Virus record (IMG/VR): IMGVR_UViG_3300031994_000022
Origin: a virus
Lineage: Duplodnaviria; Caudoviricetes
Strand: one strand, 5' to 3'
DNA length: 64,000 nt
Positions 19,223 to 33,577 of this stretch are shown here, one piece after another. The notes under the pieces were generated by a model that saw only the letters and a list, made by a program, of their open reading frames with translations, did not search any database and had not been told where the DNA came from. The number at the start of each line of letters is the position of its first letter. Positions within the stretch are counted from its first letter, which is position 1. The translations under genes and the position numbers were made by a program.

Positions 19223-19283
19223 AACTACGTTGGTACGAGGGGTTGTTAAAACCCCTTTTTAGGTTCGATTCCTATTGTAGTTC
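19223..19283 (+). ncRNA. D-arm-less tRNA-like element
   Basis: AACTAC/GTAGTT acceptor-like stem, AGGGGT-TGTTAAA-ACCCCT arm, TAGG-TTCGATT-CCTA T arm. Confidence 0.5.
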
Positions 19284-19517
19284 TTGTGTGCTCGATGGTG
19301 GGTTTTCCGGAGATTATCTGTTGTCGAGTCAACTCGTTAACTCGTCACAAGTGGGCGTGACTTGTGACAATGTGACCACGACATTTTCGTGAGTAGATTG
19401 TGAGGTGTGATATGGTAACAGTAAACAATGGTATCATCAAAGTTGATGGTGAAGTGGTTGGCACTCTCCACGAGTACGTGGAGAATGTACGCAAGAATAA
19501 TGAGGAGGTATAGGATT

Positions 19518-22500
19518 ATGGATTATGTAGTAAAGATGGACGGCGAAAAAGTCCGCAGTTTTAGTAATTGGGACTACGACAAGGTGTGCGAATGGGCAAA
19601 GTTACATTGTAGAGGTAGGGTAAATATTGTCCGCTTGAAGGATTGTGATGGACTACCTAAGGCTTCAAAAATGCGTTTCGCTCCAAAACTCGAAATGCCT
19701 GATTTACGATATAAACCTTTTGTATCATTGACTTAAAAAGGATAAAATTAAATATTGACAAGTGAAATTCTTTATGATTATATAAAGCGTAGAACGAGAA
19801 AACGTCCTACGCTTTGCTATAACCATAAGGAAAAAAGAAAAGGAGGACGCACTATGGCATACGTTATAATTATGGAAAATCCTCGCCATATAGACGGTGA
19901 GGAAAGGATAGACATCAAGGGAACTGTATCCCTTGAAAAGTACACAGATTCCAGGATACTGCGAATCTACCGCAAGGCAAAGCGTATCTATAAATTATAC
20001 GCAGATAATCACTGCACCATATTGAAAGGAGAAAATTAATATGTATAGATACTATAGGGAAAACGGAACTTGGAGTAGTCTTGTAAACAAGGCGTATCTT
20101 GAGGATTATTACCGCAAGAACTGTGCGGACTACGGAAGCGAATTTGAAGATTGGTTGGCAGATATGCTACGTTGCGACTTAATACGCCATATCACAACAG
20201 AAAGGAAATAGGGAAATGAAGAAATACGATTGGTACACGGTCAAGCTTGTAAGCGAAATCATACTATGGGTAATTATTGGTATAACAGTATACATATCCA
20301 CAAGGGAAATCTTAATGTGGATATTTTAACAAGAAAGGAGAAAATTAACTATGAAGATTTACGAGTTAGCAAAGAAGGTTGCGAACTTTGTATGGGATTT
20401 TGACCCATACAATGCAAGAGATATTTATGACAGTTTCGGTGAAGCAATAAGCGAAACATATATAGGATTATGTAATAAAGCAGACCGCAAGGGAATTATA
20501 GAATACCTTGAATCTATTATAAGCGAGAACTACGAAGTATCCTACGCAAGGGAATTGATAAGGGAGGTAACTGCGTTATGAGTAAAGATTGGATTTTTGA
20601 TAAGTGGACAATAAGAGATATTGAATCCGTAACAGAAGAGTGGTGCAAGGATATTGGTTTTGATGTAAGGGAAATCAAGGGACATAACGTATATCTTGTA
20701 GACTTCGGCGGATATTTCAAGAGAAGTTTATTAGTGTTCCGCAACGGAAAGCATATTTATTATGCTAACGATTATGAACTGCATCATCCAACAAAGGCAG
20801 AGTGTACCGATGAAGAGATCTATGATTATATGCTGAAGAATATGGAACGGAAACTGTTTGCAGATGATGAGTACAGCGAAATTACAGACTACGACGATTA
20901 TGACCGCAAGGCATATTATCTTCATAACTACTATGTAATGCAGACAGAAAGGGAAAGTATATTCGCTATAAATCCAACTGATGAAGAGAAACGAAGTTTC
21001 AAAGAGAAGACAAAAGATTGGACATATGACCCTGTCGGATTCTGTTATATACCTGATGCCGGTTTTGTGGCAAGGCATATTGAGTTAATGAATCAGCTTA
21101 ACAAGGCAAAGGAACGTAAAGCAGATGACTTTGAATATTACAAAGACGCCTTCAAAAGAGAGATGTACAATCACGAATATAGTATCAACTGGGAGGCTGA
21201 CCACGATACATTATCAGCTTTTGGAAATATTGGATGGCATGGAGATAATCTAGGTGCTTACTTCAAGGAACTTGGATTTACGGAAACGCAAAAGAAGGCG
21301 TATAGGGCTGCAAGAGCAGAGTATTACAAAGAAGTTAACTATGATTATGAATTAGATTGTGTAGTGTAAGAGAAAGGGAGAAGGGAACTATGATTATAGA
21401 TATGTGGTACGGAAATAAGGTAGAAGAGTGTGATGGTATAGACGTATTCTTCTATCCGAATGGTTGTATATACCGAGGAAATATATATCTCAAAGGGAAA
21501 CCTATTGGAGATTTTAGCACTACAGACAGTATAGAAATAGAGAAAACATTTAAAGGTAAATTTAGTTGGGAGGGTTAGATAATGAAAGAGGATATTAAAA
21601 GAATCAAGGGAATCATTGTTGAAGATGATGGTGAGGAAATTTATTACAGAATAACAGGAGATACCGACAAGTTAAAACAGATAAGACAAATGTTAGATAT
21701 TGCAGAATACAATGATGATACGGAAATAGCTTGTCCTATGTTTGGATTTATGCCGGCTAAGGAAACCATAAGTATGATTGTTGTAGCGAATTATATAGAT
21801 AATAAGGGATATATGGCGATAGCATAGTTTGTGCCTCCATATAAGGGTGGCAAGGCAAATCAAGTCTTGCCACCCTGAATGTGGGTATAAACGGAAAATA
21901 AATAGGAGGTAGATAAAATGTTTAATACAAAAGCAGTTTTACTATATTGCGAACGTTATGGAATATATGAATTATATTCCGAAAAGGGAAACGTAATCAC
22001 ATACTATTCCTACTACGGAAATGAGGGATTTATAAGAGTAACTAAGAATGTAAAGACTGGAAGAGAAGTGCGGAAACCTTTGAGATATAAAAAGATACCA
22101 AAGTTTTTGTTAACAGAAGATGGATGTACAAAGTACAACTACTTTACGGGTTAGGAGGTAAGGCAAATGTGGATAGTGTATTGGCACTCTGACACTTGGC
22201 AGTGTGGTTTTGAAGTACCAACGGAAAAGGAAGCTGTTGAGTACTGTAAGGAAAACGAAGGATATAGGTATGTATGGGTAGGAAGATAAACACGACTGAA
22301 AGGAGTAGGTAAGCGAAATGATAGAGATTAACAGAACTTGTCCAATGTGCGGTGCTATGAAGAGCATTAAGGTAAGCGAAGATGTATTACCTGCCATAAT
22401 GAGATATGACAACGGTATTGGTTATATCCAAGATATACCACTATCGGCAAGCGAAAGGGAGTTTATAAAAACCGGATATTGTATGGAGTGTCAAGAGATA

Positions 22501-25500
22501 CTGTTTGCAAATCCATGGGATGATGAAGAGGAGGATGAGGATTATGAATAAAATAGCAAAGGAACGCATTATATATAACAACTATGATTTATGGGATGAT
22601 TATCCAGATGAAGAGATTGACACAATCGCAAGGGAATGCGAATGGGTAGATGAAGACGAAGAGATTACAGATGAAATGCGCACACAGTGGAGATATTGGG
22701 AAGACGAAGCTAATTGGGATGCCGAAAAGGAAATGCTTGAAAACTTCTTTAAAGGCAAAACAGTTGGTTTCTTTGGAGAGGTTGGATTGTGGCATGGTAC
22801 TTATAAAGCTGGCGATATAGGAGATTTTTGGACACTGTATTATAAGGCAGTTCAAGATTGCGACTACATAAAGATATATGATGAAAACGGTCATATGTAT
22901 TTGACTTGTTCACATCACGATGGAACTAATCACTTTGAGATAAAGGAACTCACAGATGGTGCCGAAGATTACTACGACAGATGGAGTTACGGAAACGACA
23001 ATAGAAAAGAATATGAGGTTATAACGCAGATCTATAAAAGATTTTCTAAGATACCACGTTATGCACAAAATGTGTATGGCTGCAAGGCAAGGGAATATGA
23101 ACTAATAACCAAAGGCAGATTGATTGATATGTTAAATAATCAAGCGAAAAGTAATTATGCATAGGAGGTATAAATATGAATCCTGGTTTTGTCACAAATC
23201 CAAACAAATGGAAAGCAAAGTATACAGTTGAATATATAGATGACCCAAAGGTGTGGGATCTGTTCTGTAAAGACTACTACGAAAACGGTTGGGAAGCATA
23301 TAAGGTAAAGGAGTTTGATAACGCAAGCGAAGCGATGGAGTTCTTTACAATATGCCGAGTAAATAGAAGTCGTATATATGACTGTAAGTTATGGATGCAC
23401 ATAGAAACACCTGACGGAAACTGGTATGAGGAATTTATAGATACAATCGGTACATACCGCAACACAATGAATAACCTTGCCAATAGGGAAATGAATCAGA
23501 GGATTGATATGTTGGAGAAAGAAAATGAAAATTTGGTTGAGGTAAATAAAAAGTTAGTGGATTACCTACAAAAATACAATGTAAATATAAACGAGATTCT
23601 TAATGGTTAAGGGAGGTGGCGTAATGTTAGTAAGTTTAAGTACAGATATTTGCCCAATCGTAATTCCGGATACATATTGGGCAACGGAATGGTGTCACGA
23701 AGTGTCCGAAGAAATGTGGGAAGATTTCAAGAAGCTATTAGTTGACAAGGCAAAGGGAGCAATCACTTATGCTTTAGACGACTTGGGGATTCCATATACG
23801 GAAATCATAATGGGCGGTTTCCATAGTCCAAGAGAATACAACTTCAGTACTGATTGGATAGAGTTTGAATTAGAGATGCCTGATGATTATGTGGAAACTA
23901 TAAAGGCAAATGTAAGGAATGACGAAGATGGATTCTTTCGATTCGCCAAGGAAAAATTCGGTAGTTATGATGGTTTCATAAGTTTTTATCCATACGAAAA
24001 AGAAGAGTTTTATGAAAGCGAAGACACAAGCTTTATAGTTTCAATGTGGATCATGTACAGAATGAACGAAGAGAACGACATAGAAGCATATCAGCGAGAG
24101 TATATAGACGATGTAGATGAATATGCTAGATGTAACGGATATATGGAGGATTATGAAGATGAATAGAGATTTTACATATAAGGGAATTAAATTCCACCTT
24201 AATGATAATTGGAACGGAGCAAACCGTGAATATGAGGGAAAGTATTGGTTGATGTGGTGGAATGAGCCATATGAAAGATGGCAAAGTTTAATAACGGTCA
24301 ATACTAAAAAGGAAGCAGAATATGCAGTAAGAGAATTTTATAAAGCAAAATGTAGATGTTATGCATATTAAAGGAGGTAGCACTATGACACAAAAATTTA
24401 TAGCAATCGCAGTTAAAGGTAAAGAGTTTTTATACAGTAAGCGAAATATGATTGCTGTACCGACAAAGTCAGCACAACGCATAGCAGATATGTTAAACGC
24501 CGTTAATTACAAACTAAAAGATGGACAGTGTTGGTGGGTATATGACAACGATTGGTACACGAATGACTACATAACGGAAGAGATAAAGAAATGTGGCAAA
24601 GGCAACCTAAAGCTGTATAGATACGAAGGATAAGGAGGAAATTAAAATGGCAAGTAAGGTAATAGGCGTGATGCTACGTCACGATGATGGAGATAAGGAA
24701 TACTATGAACCACAATTTACTGAGGAAGATATGGAAAGCATTTATAAAATACTCGATAAATATGGAGATAATAACGAGAGCAAGCGAGGAGAATTGGAGG
24801 TAATTAAAAATGGAGAATAAACAGGAGATACTTAATGCAATATGTGCAGCACTCAGACTTACAGCCAATGCTGGTCGTGGTAATGCACTAAAGGAAATCC
24901 GTTATATGGAAGATAAAGGGATGGAATATGCAGTACCGATTTTTGAAAATGGAACCGGAGAACCTGATGAATATTGCCCACACGGTTACTACGGAGTCAA
25001 TATTACTGGTGATAGTGGTACGGCAATATTCAAGGATATTACAAACCGGTTTATAGATTATGTTTGGTAGGAGGTGAAACAAATGACAATTAACACAGTA
25101 GACATTAAAGAGAAAACAGTATTTCATATCTGGAGTACGATGAATGAATGGATAGATATGATGATTGAAGTTTATCCAAGAGATTATGACAAGGCAAAGG
25201 AAATAGCGAACAAGGCACTTGATGATTGGCACGATACAGATGAAGATATAACGGTGTTTGAGTATGTACAGAGAACACTATATGAAAATGAGATTGAAGC
25301 AAGTATATATGTATATAACGAATAGGAGGATTAAACATGATTATTTCAAGCGAAGATAAATGTGAATTTATAGGACAGATTATAGACATCTTTGAGGACT
25401 TCTTGGAAGAGAAAGGCATCAACATTCCTAATGAAGACCGCGATGAAAACGGAAGCGAAGCAATTATATATGGAATGGATTACGGACTGTTAAGCGAACA

Positions 25501-26057
25501 GATCGAAAGTACATTAAGAGCATGGGATTTGATTTAGAATGGAGGTAAATAACTATGGCAATGTTTAAAGCAACCGCAGAAATTACGGTTTCTGTTGAGA
25601 TAGCAGTTAACGCAGATAATATTGAGGAAGCAAAAGAAAAGGTGGAGAGCGTAGAAGATATAGGATTCTACCTTGAGGGAATGCAGTTGAGTAACGGAGT
25701 TGAAATTGTAGGATGTGACGAACCAAGTTGGTATGTTGAATACGATGGGTATGTGGATAAACATTAAGGGGAGGATTAAATATGGAAAAGAGATATTATT
25801 CAATTGAAATTAACAAGGATGATCCAACAGCATTGACATATTGCTTAAGGAAATTGGAAAACGCAATTCCTGACTATGAGTACGATTGGCGTATTGTGAT
25901 AAACGCTGGTGGTATTGATTATGGAATATATCTCAATATAGATATTGAGGATAAAGAAATTGAGATATGTAACCAACCAAGATATGGAAATGAAGCAGAA
26001 GATATGCTAGATGATGTAATCGAATTATTCGAAGAAGAAGATGATGATGAAGAATGA
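19518..26057 (+). other. Run of about 20 small, acidic hypothetical early genes
   Basis: Co-oriented ORFs with clear RBSs (e.g. 20351, 20578, 21582, 21918, 22318, 23176, 24810, 25337, 25555, 25782); no families recognised. Confidence 0.8.
19738..19784 (+). promoter_or_regulatory. SigA-type promoter preceded by the AAGGATAAAATTAA box
   Basis: Box 19738-19751, TTGACA 19755, weak extended -10. Confidence 0.6.
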
Positions 26058-29000
26058 AATGAATGTTTTATAGAAGGGAGAATGAATATGTTTAAGCATA
26101 GATTTTTTAATAAGGAAAACCGAAAGACAGACAAGGAAATAAGGGAGTTTATAACGAATACAAATAAGCCGTTGGTGTACACATATGGTTACGCTTGGAA
26201 ATCACCAACAACTTATAGAGTTCCTATGGATAAAGAAGAAGCGTTAAAGGCAATTGAAAAAAATGGTCTTACGGATATAACAGAAGAAGATGACGTTATA
26301 CACATTAATCAGTTTAGCGAAAATGATATGTGGTAAATAAAAGAAAGGATTTATTTAAAGGGAGGTAGAAATATGTATACAGAACTTACAACATTAAAGG
26401 AACTTGAGGATTTAGGTTCAGCACTTACTATTGAAGGACTTGCCGAGGATAGTATCAAAGATTTTATAGAATGGGTTAAGCAGTATACTCCGATGATAAA
26501 TGAAACGGCATATATCATTAAAGGAAAAACAATGAATACAGTATATGGATTAACAGGCAATAATGCATATCCTGATGATTGCAATATTGTTTCAATTAAG
26601 TTAGAGGATATGGAAAACAGTATGGCTGTTGTAATGCCAAGATTCCAAATAGGAGCAAGGTGGTTTGATGATATTGTTATGAATAACGCAGCAAGGGAGG
26701 AGTGAATATGTATGACAAGATAACTATTAACAAAGGAGATATAAATGAATTGTGTGAACACCTGGATATGAATGGATATTGTTTTGAACAGATTGGTCAG
26801 AATTTGTATGTATTCTATGAGGAAACAGATTATGTTCGGACAATTCTAAAGGAACGTGGTTATGAATATTGGGTAAACGATGAGATAGATATGTAATTAA
26901 AATAAGATTTTAAGGAGAAATGAATATGGGATACGAAAGTAAGTTTTATGCAGTAAAAGAATATAATTTTCCAGAGGGTATACATCATTCAGATATTATA
27001 GCTACATTAGATATGTGCAAGATGGGATATGACGATGATGTACTAACCTTCCGCAAATTGTTTGATACGGAAACGCCGTTCTCTATTTACATGTATGAAT
27101 ATGATCCTGAAACGGAAGAAGAAAAATATATGGATGTAATCGAAGACAAATATGGAGAGAGGTTAAAATATATTTCAGACAAGAAAAAGGGAATTGAAAT
27201 GCTAAAGAGAATTATAGACAACGATGATTATTGGAGATTTAAGTTGTTATTGGAATTTATGAGGACATTTGCAGATTATGATGATGTGTATATAGTCCAC
27301 TATGGTTATTGATAAAAGTAAGATTTTAAGGAGGTAGAGCAAATGAGAAGTGAAATAGAAATCAGAGAAAAAATTGACAGCCTTATGGAAGCTTTCAGAA
27401 AAGCAAAAAAAGCAGACATTGGAGTTGTTAAGAAAGCAAATCTTGTTGAAGATATAGCTGGACAGATAGATATGTTGTTATGGGTAGTAGAAGACGAAAG
27501 TGGATATGATCCATTGGATGAACGCATTGACGAGATACTGATTAATAAGGATTATTTGATGGAGATGATGATATGAATTGTTGGGATTATAAGGTAATGC
27601 AAATTTATAACGAAATCAATGTGTTGTGCGAAAACAATCGTAATGGCAGATATGATAAGCAGATTGCAGAGAAAAGAAGTGAATTGAACGAAGTATTAAA
27701 GAAGTGTAAATAAAAATCACATTTTAAGGGAGGTAGTAATTATGGGAAATAGTTTTTTTGATTGTATGATTGTAACAGACGGAAGAAACACTTGTAAGGC
27801 AAGTGATTTAGGAACTAAACGAAATCCATTTAAGTCTTCTCAACGTGAACTTTCACATATAGAACGAACAGAAGCTGAAGTATATGCAACTGATAATAAA
27901 TGGGCAATAGAAAATTATGAGGCAACTCATAAATAAAAACAACAATTTAAGGAAGGAGGAAATTAAGCTATGGTTACAGTAATATGCTATGGGCAGAAAA
28001 AGGAATATGTAAGTAGACAAACAGCTATCAATGAATACTTGGAGGGTATGATGTGCTGCGAAGGAAGTGAAAGGGATCGGTACACTAATGTGTATCTCGA
28101 TCTGATTGAAGGTAAAGATGTTTGTACAGATGAATGGGAGGTAAGAGATATGTATAGAAAAGCAACACAAGAAGAGATCAGAAACATTAAGGCAAAGGAT
28201 TGGTTCTTAGTACGAGATGCTTATGATACCGATAAAGTGTGGGAGTTTCAAGCATACCGCAATGCAAGTTGTACGAACGGAAGATGGTATGTGACAATGG
28301 AAACATATGGATTAGATGGAAGAACAGGAAATCTTATACTGGTTGGATATACATCTTTTGGCGATGACAGAATAGTTATTGAAGAATAAAACGAATATTT
28401 GATGGAGGTGGTTATATGGTTGAACCTTTTAAAATCACAAAGGAAATGATTGATAAGAGACAAGAGAAGAAAGACGAAATAATGGAACATATTAATAAGA
28501 AGATAGCAGAGGCAGTTAAACGTGGTTGGAACGAAACAAATTTTGATTGTTACGATGATAATTTATATGACGAAATAAAAAGAGAATATATAAATGCAGG
28601 GTATAGAGTGTATCCAAACATTTATGCAAGATGTGGTGGTAGAAATGATTTTATAGCATGGTAAATAAAACCAAGATTTGAAAGGAGAATGAATATGACT
28701 GGTGAAATATTTGCAAGAATATTAATAAACGAAAAGGAACGCAAAGAAATTGAAAAAGCAATATCTGTTATGAGTAATATTTTTGGAGCTTATGAAGAAA
28801 CTGGATTGCAAAGCGTTGAACCGTTGCTTGATACTTTGACAAATGGCGTAGCACTACTTGAAGAAATACTTAAGGAAAATGAATAATGAATACTAAATAA
28901 AACAAGGTTTTTAAGGGAGGTGTAATATGTGGACAGAAAAAGCAAAGGAATTATACAAAGTGTTAAATGAGTTTATGGACGAAATAGAATTTAGATATGA

Positions 29001-31051
29001 CGAAGATGAGGATGAATATTATATGTTAGGAAAACAGAATTGGGAAGATCGAGATTTTCTCAGTACTCTTGATGCATTAAAGGGAGATTTGGAATATTAC
29101 ATTGGGTTAGGGAGGTAAACAACATGGCAAAGTACAGAGTTTGTGTAGAAAGTATTGATTATCTTTATATTGACATTGAAGCAGATACACCGGAAGAAGC
29201 AAAGGAATTTGCTGACGAGTATGTAGATGGCGGTGAATTTCATAGCAACGCAACAGATGTTGGTTGGAGATATTCCGAAACAATAAAACTTAAAGATGAT
29301 GCGATAGTAGATTATAACGTAAAGGAGTTTATGAAAGGATTAGAAAGATAAAATAATGTTTTCATAGGAGGTAAAAGCAATGCCATATAGAGAATTTATT
29401 TTATACAAATGTAATGATGGTATTAGTTATAACATATTTTATAAAAATTCAGATGGAAATGGAGAGCATTTGATTTGTACTGTCGGTTCATTTGAAAAAG
29501 CAAAACAATGGGTTGACGAATGGTACAAGAGAAATAAATAAAATAACTTTTTGATAGGAGGTAACAATATGAACGTATTAGATTATGTATTTGCATATGT
29601 AACGGAAGAAGGATACAGAGGAATAATAAGGGCAGATAGTGAAGAGGAAGCAATAGAACGCCAAAATGATTTTGATCCGAATGACGAAGTGAAATATATA
29701 GTTAGATTATCAGATTTAGATAACGATTATGGTGTTATAGAAGAGTGTAGAATTAATGAAGCCATTGATAATCAAAGATATATAAGACAATACTCATTTG
29801 ATATTGATGGAGATACAGACGCAGATGAACTTGCAAGAGTAATAAATAAAGCTGGACTTGGAGTTAAAGTAATAGGGTCAGAATGGAAAGCAACGTGGAA
29901 ATATGGTGATTATAAAAAAGGTGAACCACCAATAAGTTCCAACTAATAAAAGCAGAGTTTCATAAGGAGGTAAAACAAATGAGAACACATAGAAAATGTA
30001 TCAGATGTAATACATATGTCAAAAGAGAAACGAGTAAAGGACTCCGCAGAGAGTATCCGTTTTACTGCCCGAAGTGTGACGAGAATATGTATAGATTTGA
30101 AACGATAAAAATAAATAAAAACAGATTTGAAGGGAGATAACAATATGATTAAAGAAACAATTATAGCACTTGTAAAACCCGGAGATATGGTAGAGATAAC
30201 ACCTATTTCTAACGTTCCAAATGCTGAACGCAGATTTAAGGTAAACGAAGTTCTTGATAACGGATTTTTATATGGATTATCCACTACTTGTGATGGTTAT
30301 GTAATACCATTCAGTTGGATAAAAGATATTAAAATTGTAGCGTAATGAAAGCTGGTTTGAAAGGAGATAATGCTATGAAGTATGTAGTGTTAGCAAGATC
30401 AAAAACGGATGATATGATACTAAGTAGTTTTGGTGTCTTCAGAAGTAAGAGAAATGCAAATCGACAGAAAGATACAATTACTGAGGAAGACCCTATAGAT
30501 AATGCATATTATTGTGTAGAGGATGTTGATCCAACAGGAAGTTTTGCAAACGATAATGTATGGGATTGAATTATTAAATGAAAGCTGAATTTCATAAGGG
30601 AGGCGATGAATATGGAAAACTATTGGATACAAGTAAACGATTATATGGAACCATTTAAAATAGCATTAACAGAAGAGGAAGCAAACGGAGTAAAAAAAGT
30701 TTTAGTGAAATTAGCCCAGGTTGATGAGGATGCTTTAGTACAAATGACAGATGAAGACGGCGACATTGTATTTGTAGACAATTATAAAAAGTGGATTAAA
30801 ACACACAGATAAAAAGTAAATTTCAAAGGAGATAAAGATATGAAATTAAAAGAATTTAAAAATACAATGGTGTGGAAAGTTGCGGATTGTGTTGAATATG
30901 TTGACGAAGATGGTGTTGAAATAGAACCGACTACCGAAGTTAAAAGAAGAAAAATGAACAATATGGAAGTTATTAGTCATGGAACAATGATTGATGGTGA
31001 CATAGCAACACTTGAAGTTGTTTTAGGTAAACGATAAAAGAATACTTTTAA
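26054..31051 (+). repeat. Cluster 1 of intergenic ATNAAA-N6-TTTNAW sites (17 copies) separating small hypothetical genes
   Basis: Sites start at 26054, 26337, 26896, 27312, 27710, 27933, 28386, 28665, 28897, 29348, 29538, 29946, 30114, 30345, 30578, 30809 and 31034. Confidence 0.92.
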
Positions 31052-31065
31052 AAGGAGATAAGGAT

Positions 31066-33320
31066 ATGGAAAAAACAAAATACAGATATGCGGTTATTGA
31101 AGAGCTGTTGCATGACTATAGTATCATACGATATTTTGATGACTTTGAAGAAGCAAAAGATTTCTGTTATAAGTTACGAATTAACAAATATGCAAATCAC
31201 GATAGACTAAAGGAGATTGAATATGAAAAATGTCCGTTTGATAATGGATATAATGTAGTAAAAATATCAGATGAAATATATTAAAGGAGAAAATTAAAAT
31301 GAAAACAATAACAATATCAATTAAACCACCGAATTGTTTCGGTAATCAGTCACCAACAAACAAACAGTGTAGTAGTTGTGTATTTTGTTTTGACTGCGCA
31401 GAGAAGAGAAATGATCAATCATCTCAAAAGAGAGATTGAAATATAAAAGGAGGACACGCTTATGGAGTACAAACTTATTCCTGTTGTAGATGAGTACGGT
31501 GTTGTAGAACATTGGGAAATCTATAAAGGAAAAGAGTTCATTATCAGTTGCGATGATAATGAACTCAATGGAACTCTTGCTAATCTTGGTTAACAACTAC
31601 AGATTAGCATAAGGCAACCGAGTAGTCAAGTAAACCTTGGCTATTCGGCGTTCTCTTATAAAGAAAGGAGAAGAGAGGAATGGGATATAAGAGTAAAGGA
31701 GGCGATGTAAATGAAAATATTACATGGTGGAGCATTTAGTACTGGCGGTGGTTGTATAGCAGTACTTGGGGAACTTGATAATGGAATGTGGTTTATCTCA
31801 GATAATATAGGATGGAGCGTAACTGATTTTGATACAAGGAAGACTTGTAAAGAAATGGGAGTTGGCGATGGATGTGATGATAATGATCTTGCAGTATTTT
31901 GGATTGACTATGACAGTGGACATTATATAGATGTTGACGAAAGAGAATTAGATAATGCATTTCATGATTTCTGTATAAGATATGATTGTAAAGAACCAGG
32001 AATTACAGATGGTTACGAAAAATTCGATGGTATATGGGGAAATCTGTGTGACTATATTGATTGGAGTCATACAAAAATAGATGAATACAGTAAGCCAATA
32101 CATTTTAAAAACATTATAAACAATAGACTTGATAAAGCAGTAAATGAAATAATATATGATATTCAAGACAGACTTGATATTGAAAATGGAATATATGATT
32201 CAAAAAAATTTAAGAAGGCAAAAGAATTATTAGTAAATGAGATAATTAAATTATTAGAATCCGATAATAAAGAGGAGGAATAAATATGAGTAAAGAATTT
32301 ATGGAATCTGAATTTAGATTTGCAATGTATAGTACGCTTATGAATACACTCGATATTTTCGCACAGTATGGAAAACCAATTAATGACATATGGAAAGCTA
32401 TGTTTAACGAGATTGAAATGGAAGTACTTGGATATGATAAATCTATAGAAGACTCAATCGCAAGTACGGCTGATGCGAACGATTGTGGATATTGTACCAC
32501 ATGGGAAGAACTTATAACAGAACTGAGATTAAATATGTTAAGAGGCGAAAGAATATATCATAATAAATGGACAAACGAAACCCACAAGATAGATGTATAT
32601 AATTGGAAAACTGGAGAAGTTGTAGAATATAACGAAGAAGAAGAGGAGGAGTAAATATGGCAAAGATAACATGTAGTAATTGTAAGAACCGCAGATATGA
32701 ACATTGGGGTGATTACGAATATTGTATGGATTATGAAATGAGTAGTGATCACGTAGAAACTGCAAAGGAATGTAGTAGATATGAGTATGATGATGGAGAA
32801 GATGATGACTACTATTGTCCAAGCGCAACACACGGAGATTATAGTCCATCATCGCCATGGAACGCTCCAGGGATGTCGATTTCGGATTTCATATAAAGGA
32901 GGGTAACATATGAAGTTTTATATAAACGAAACAGCAAATATGGGATATAACCCATATGATATCTTGCTTGATGATACAAACGAACTTAACTCAATAGCTG
33001 ACCGCATACAGAAAGCAAAAGGTTATTTACCATTGTTTGATGATTCATATGAATATGATGATGAAAACTGGTATAACTTCTATCTTGAATGTGATACTGA
33101 TGGAGTTAAGGGATTGTGGTTTGAGTACGGAATTGACGGATCTGAGGGAGATAGAATAGAAATTACTGAAGAAGATAAGGCAAATGCATTTAAAGCAGTG
33201 TGTGACTTCTTCGGTGGACTTGACGAATATAAACATTATATAGATGCATACGAAGGTAGATATGAAGATGCAGTTGAGTATCAAAAAGGATGGGGAATAA
33301 TTCTACAAACACTAATGTAA
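31066..33320 (+). other. Hypothetical early genes (31066, 31711, 32286, 32657, 32910 and two ORFs under 50 aa)
   Basis: ORFs with RBSs; no families recognised. Confidence 0.7.
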
Positions 33321-33334
33321 AGGAGGAAATTAAT

Positions 33335-33526
33335 ATGAGCCACGGTAAAGGAAGTATCCCTTACCGCAAAGTAGCAAAGATACTTAAGGATAATGGATAC
33401 AGAGAGGTTAGATTTAATGGTCATCACATTTATGAGAATGATAAAGGAAATACGATAGCAATACCGAAAACATGCTGCACATATGTAGTACAGAGGGAAT
33501 TTAAAAAGAACGGAATAAAGATGTAA
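33335..33526 (+). CDS. HicA-like small protein
   Basis: YRKVAKILKDNGYREVRFNGHHIYENDKGNTIAIP resembles the HicA dsRBD-like fold; followed by a terminator at 33530-33556. Confidence 0.65.
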   Translation: MSHGKGSIPYRKVAKILKDNGYREVRFNGHHIYENDKGNTIAIPKTCCTYVVQREFKKNGIKM

Positions 33527-33577
33527 TCCAAGGCAACTCGACGGAGTTGCTTTTTTAATGGAAAGGAGAAAAGAAAT

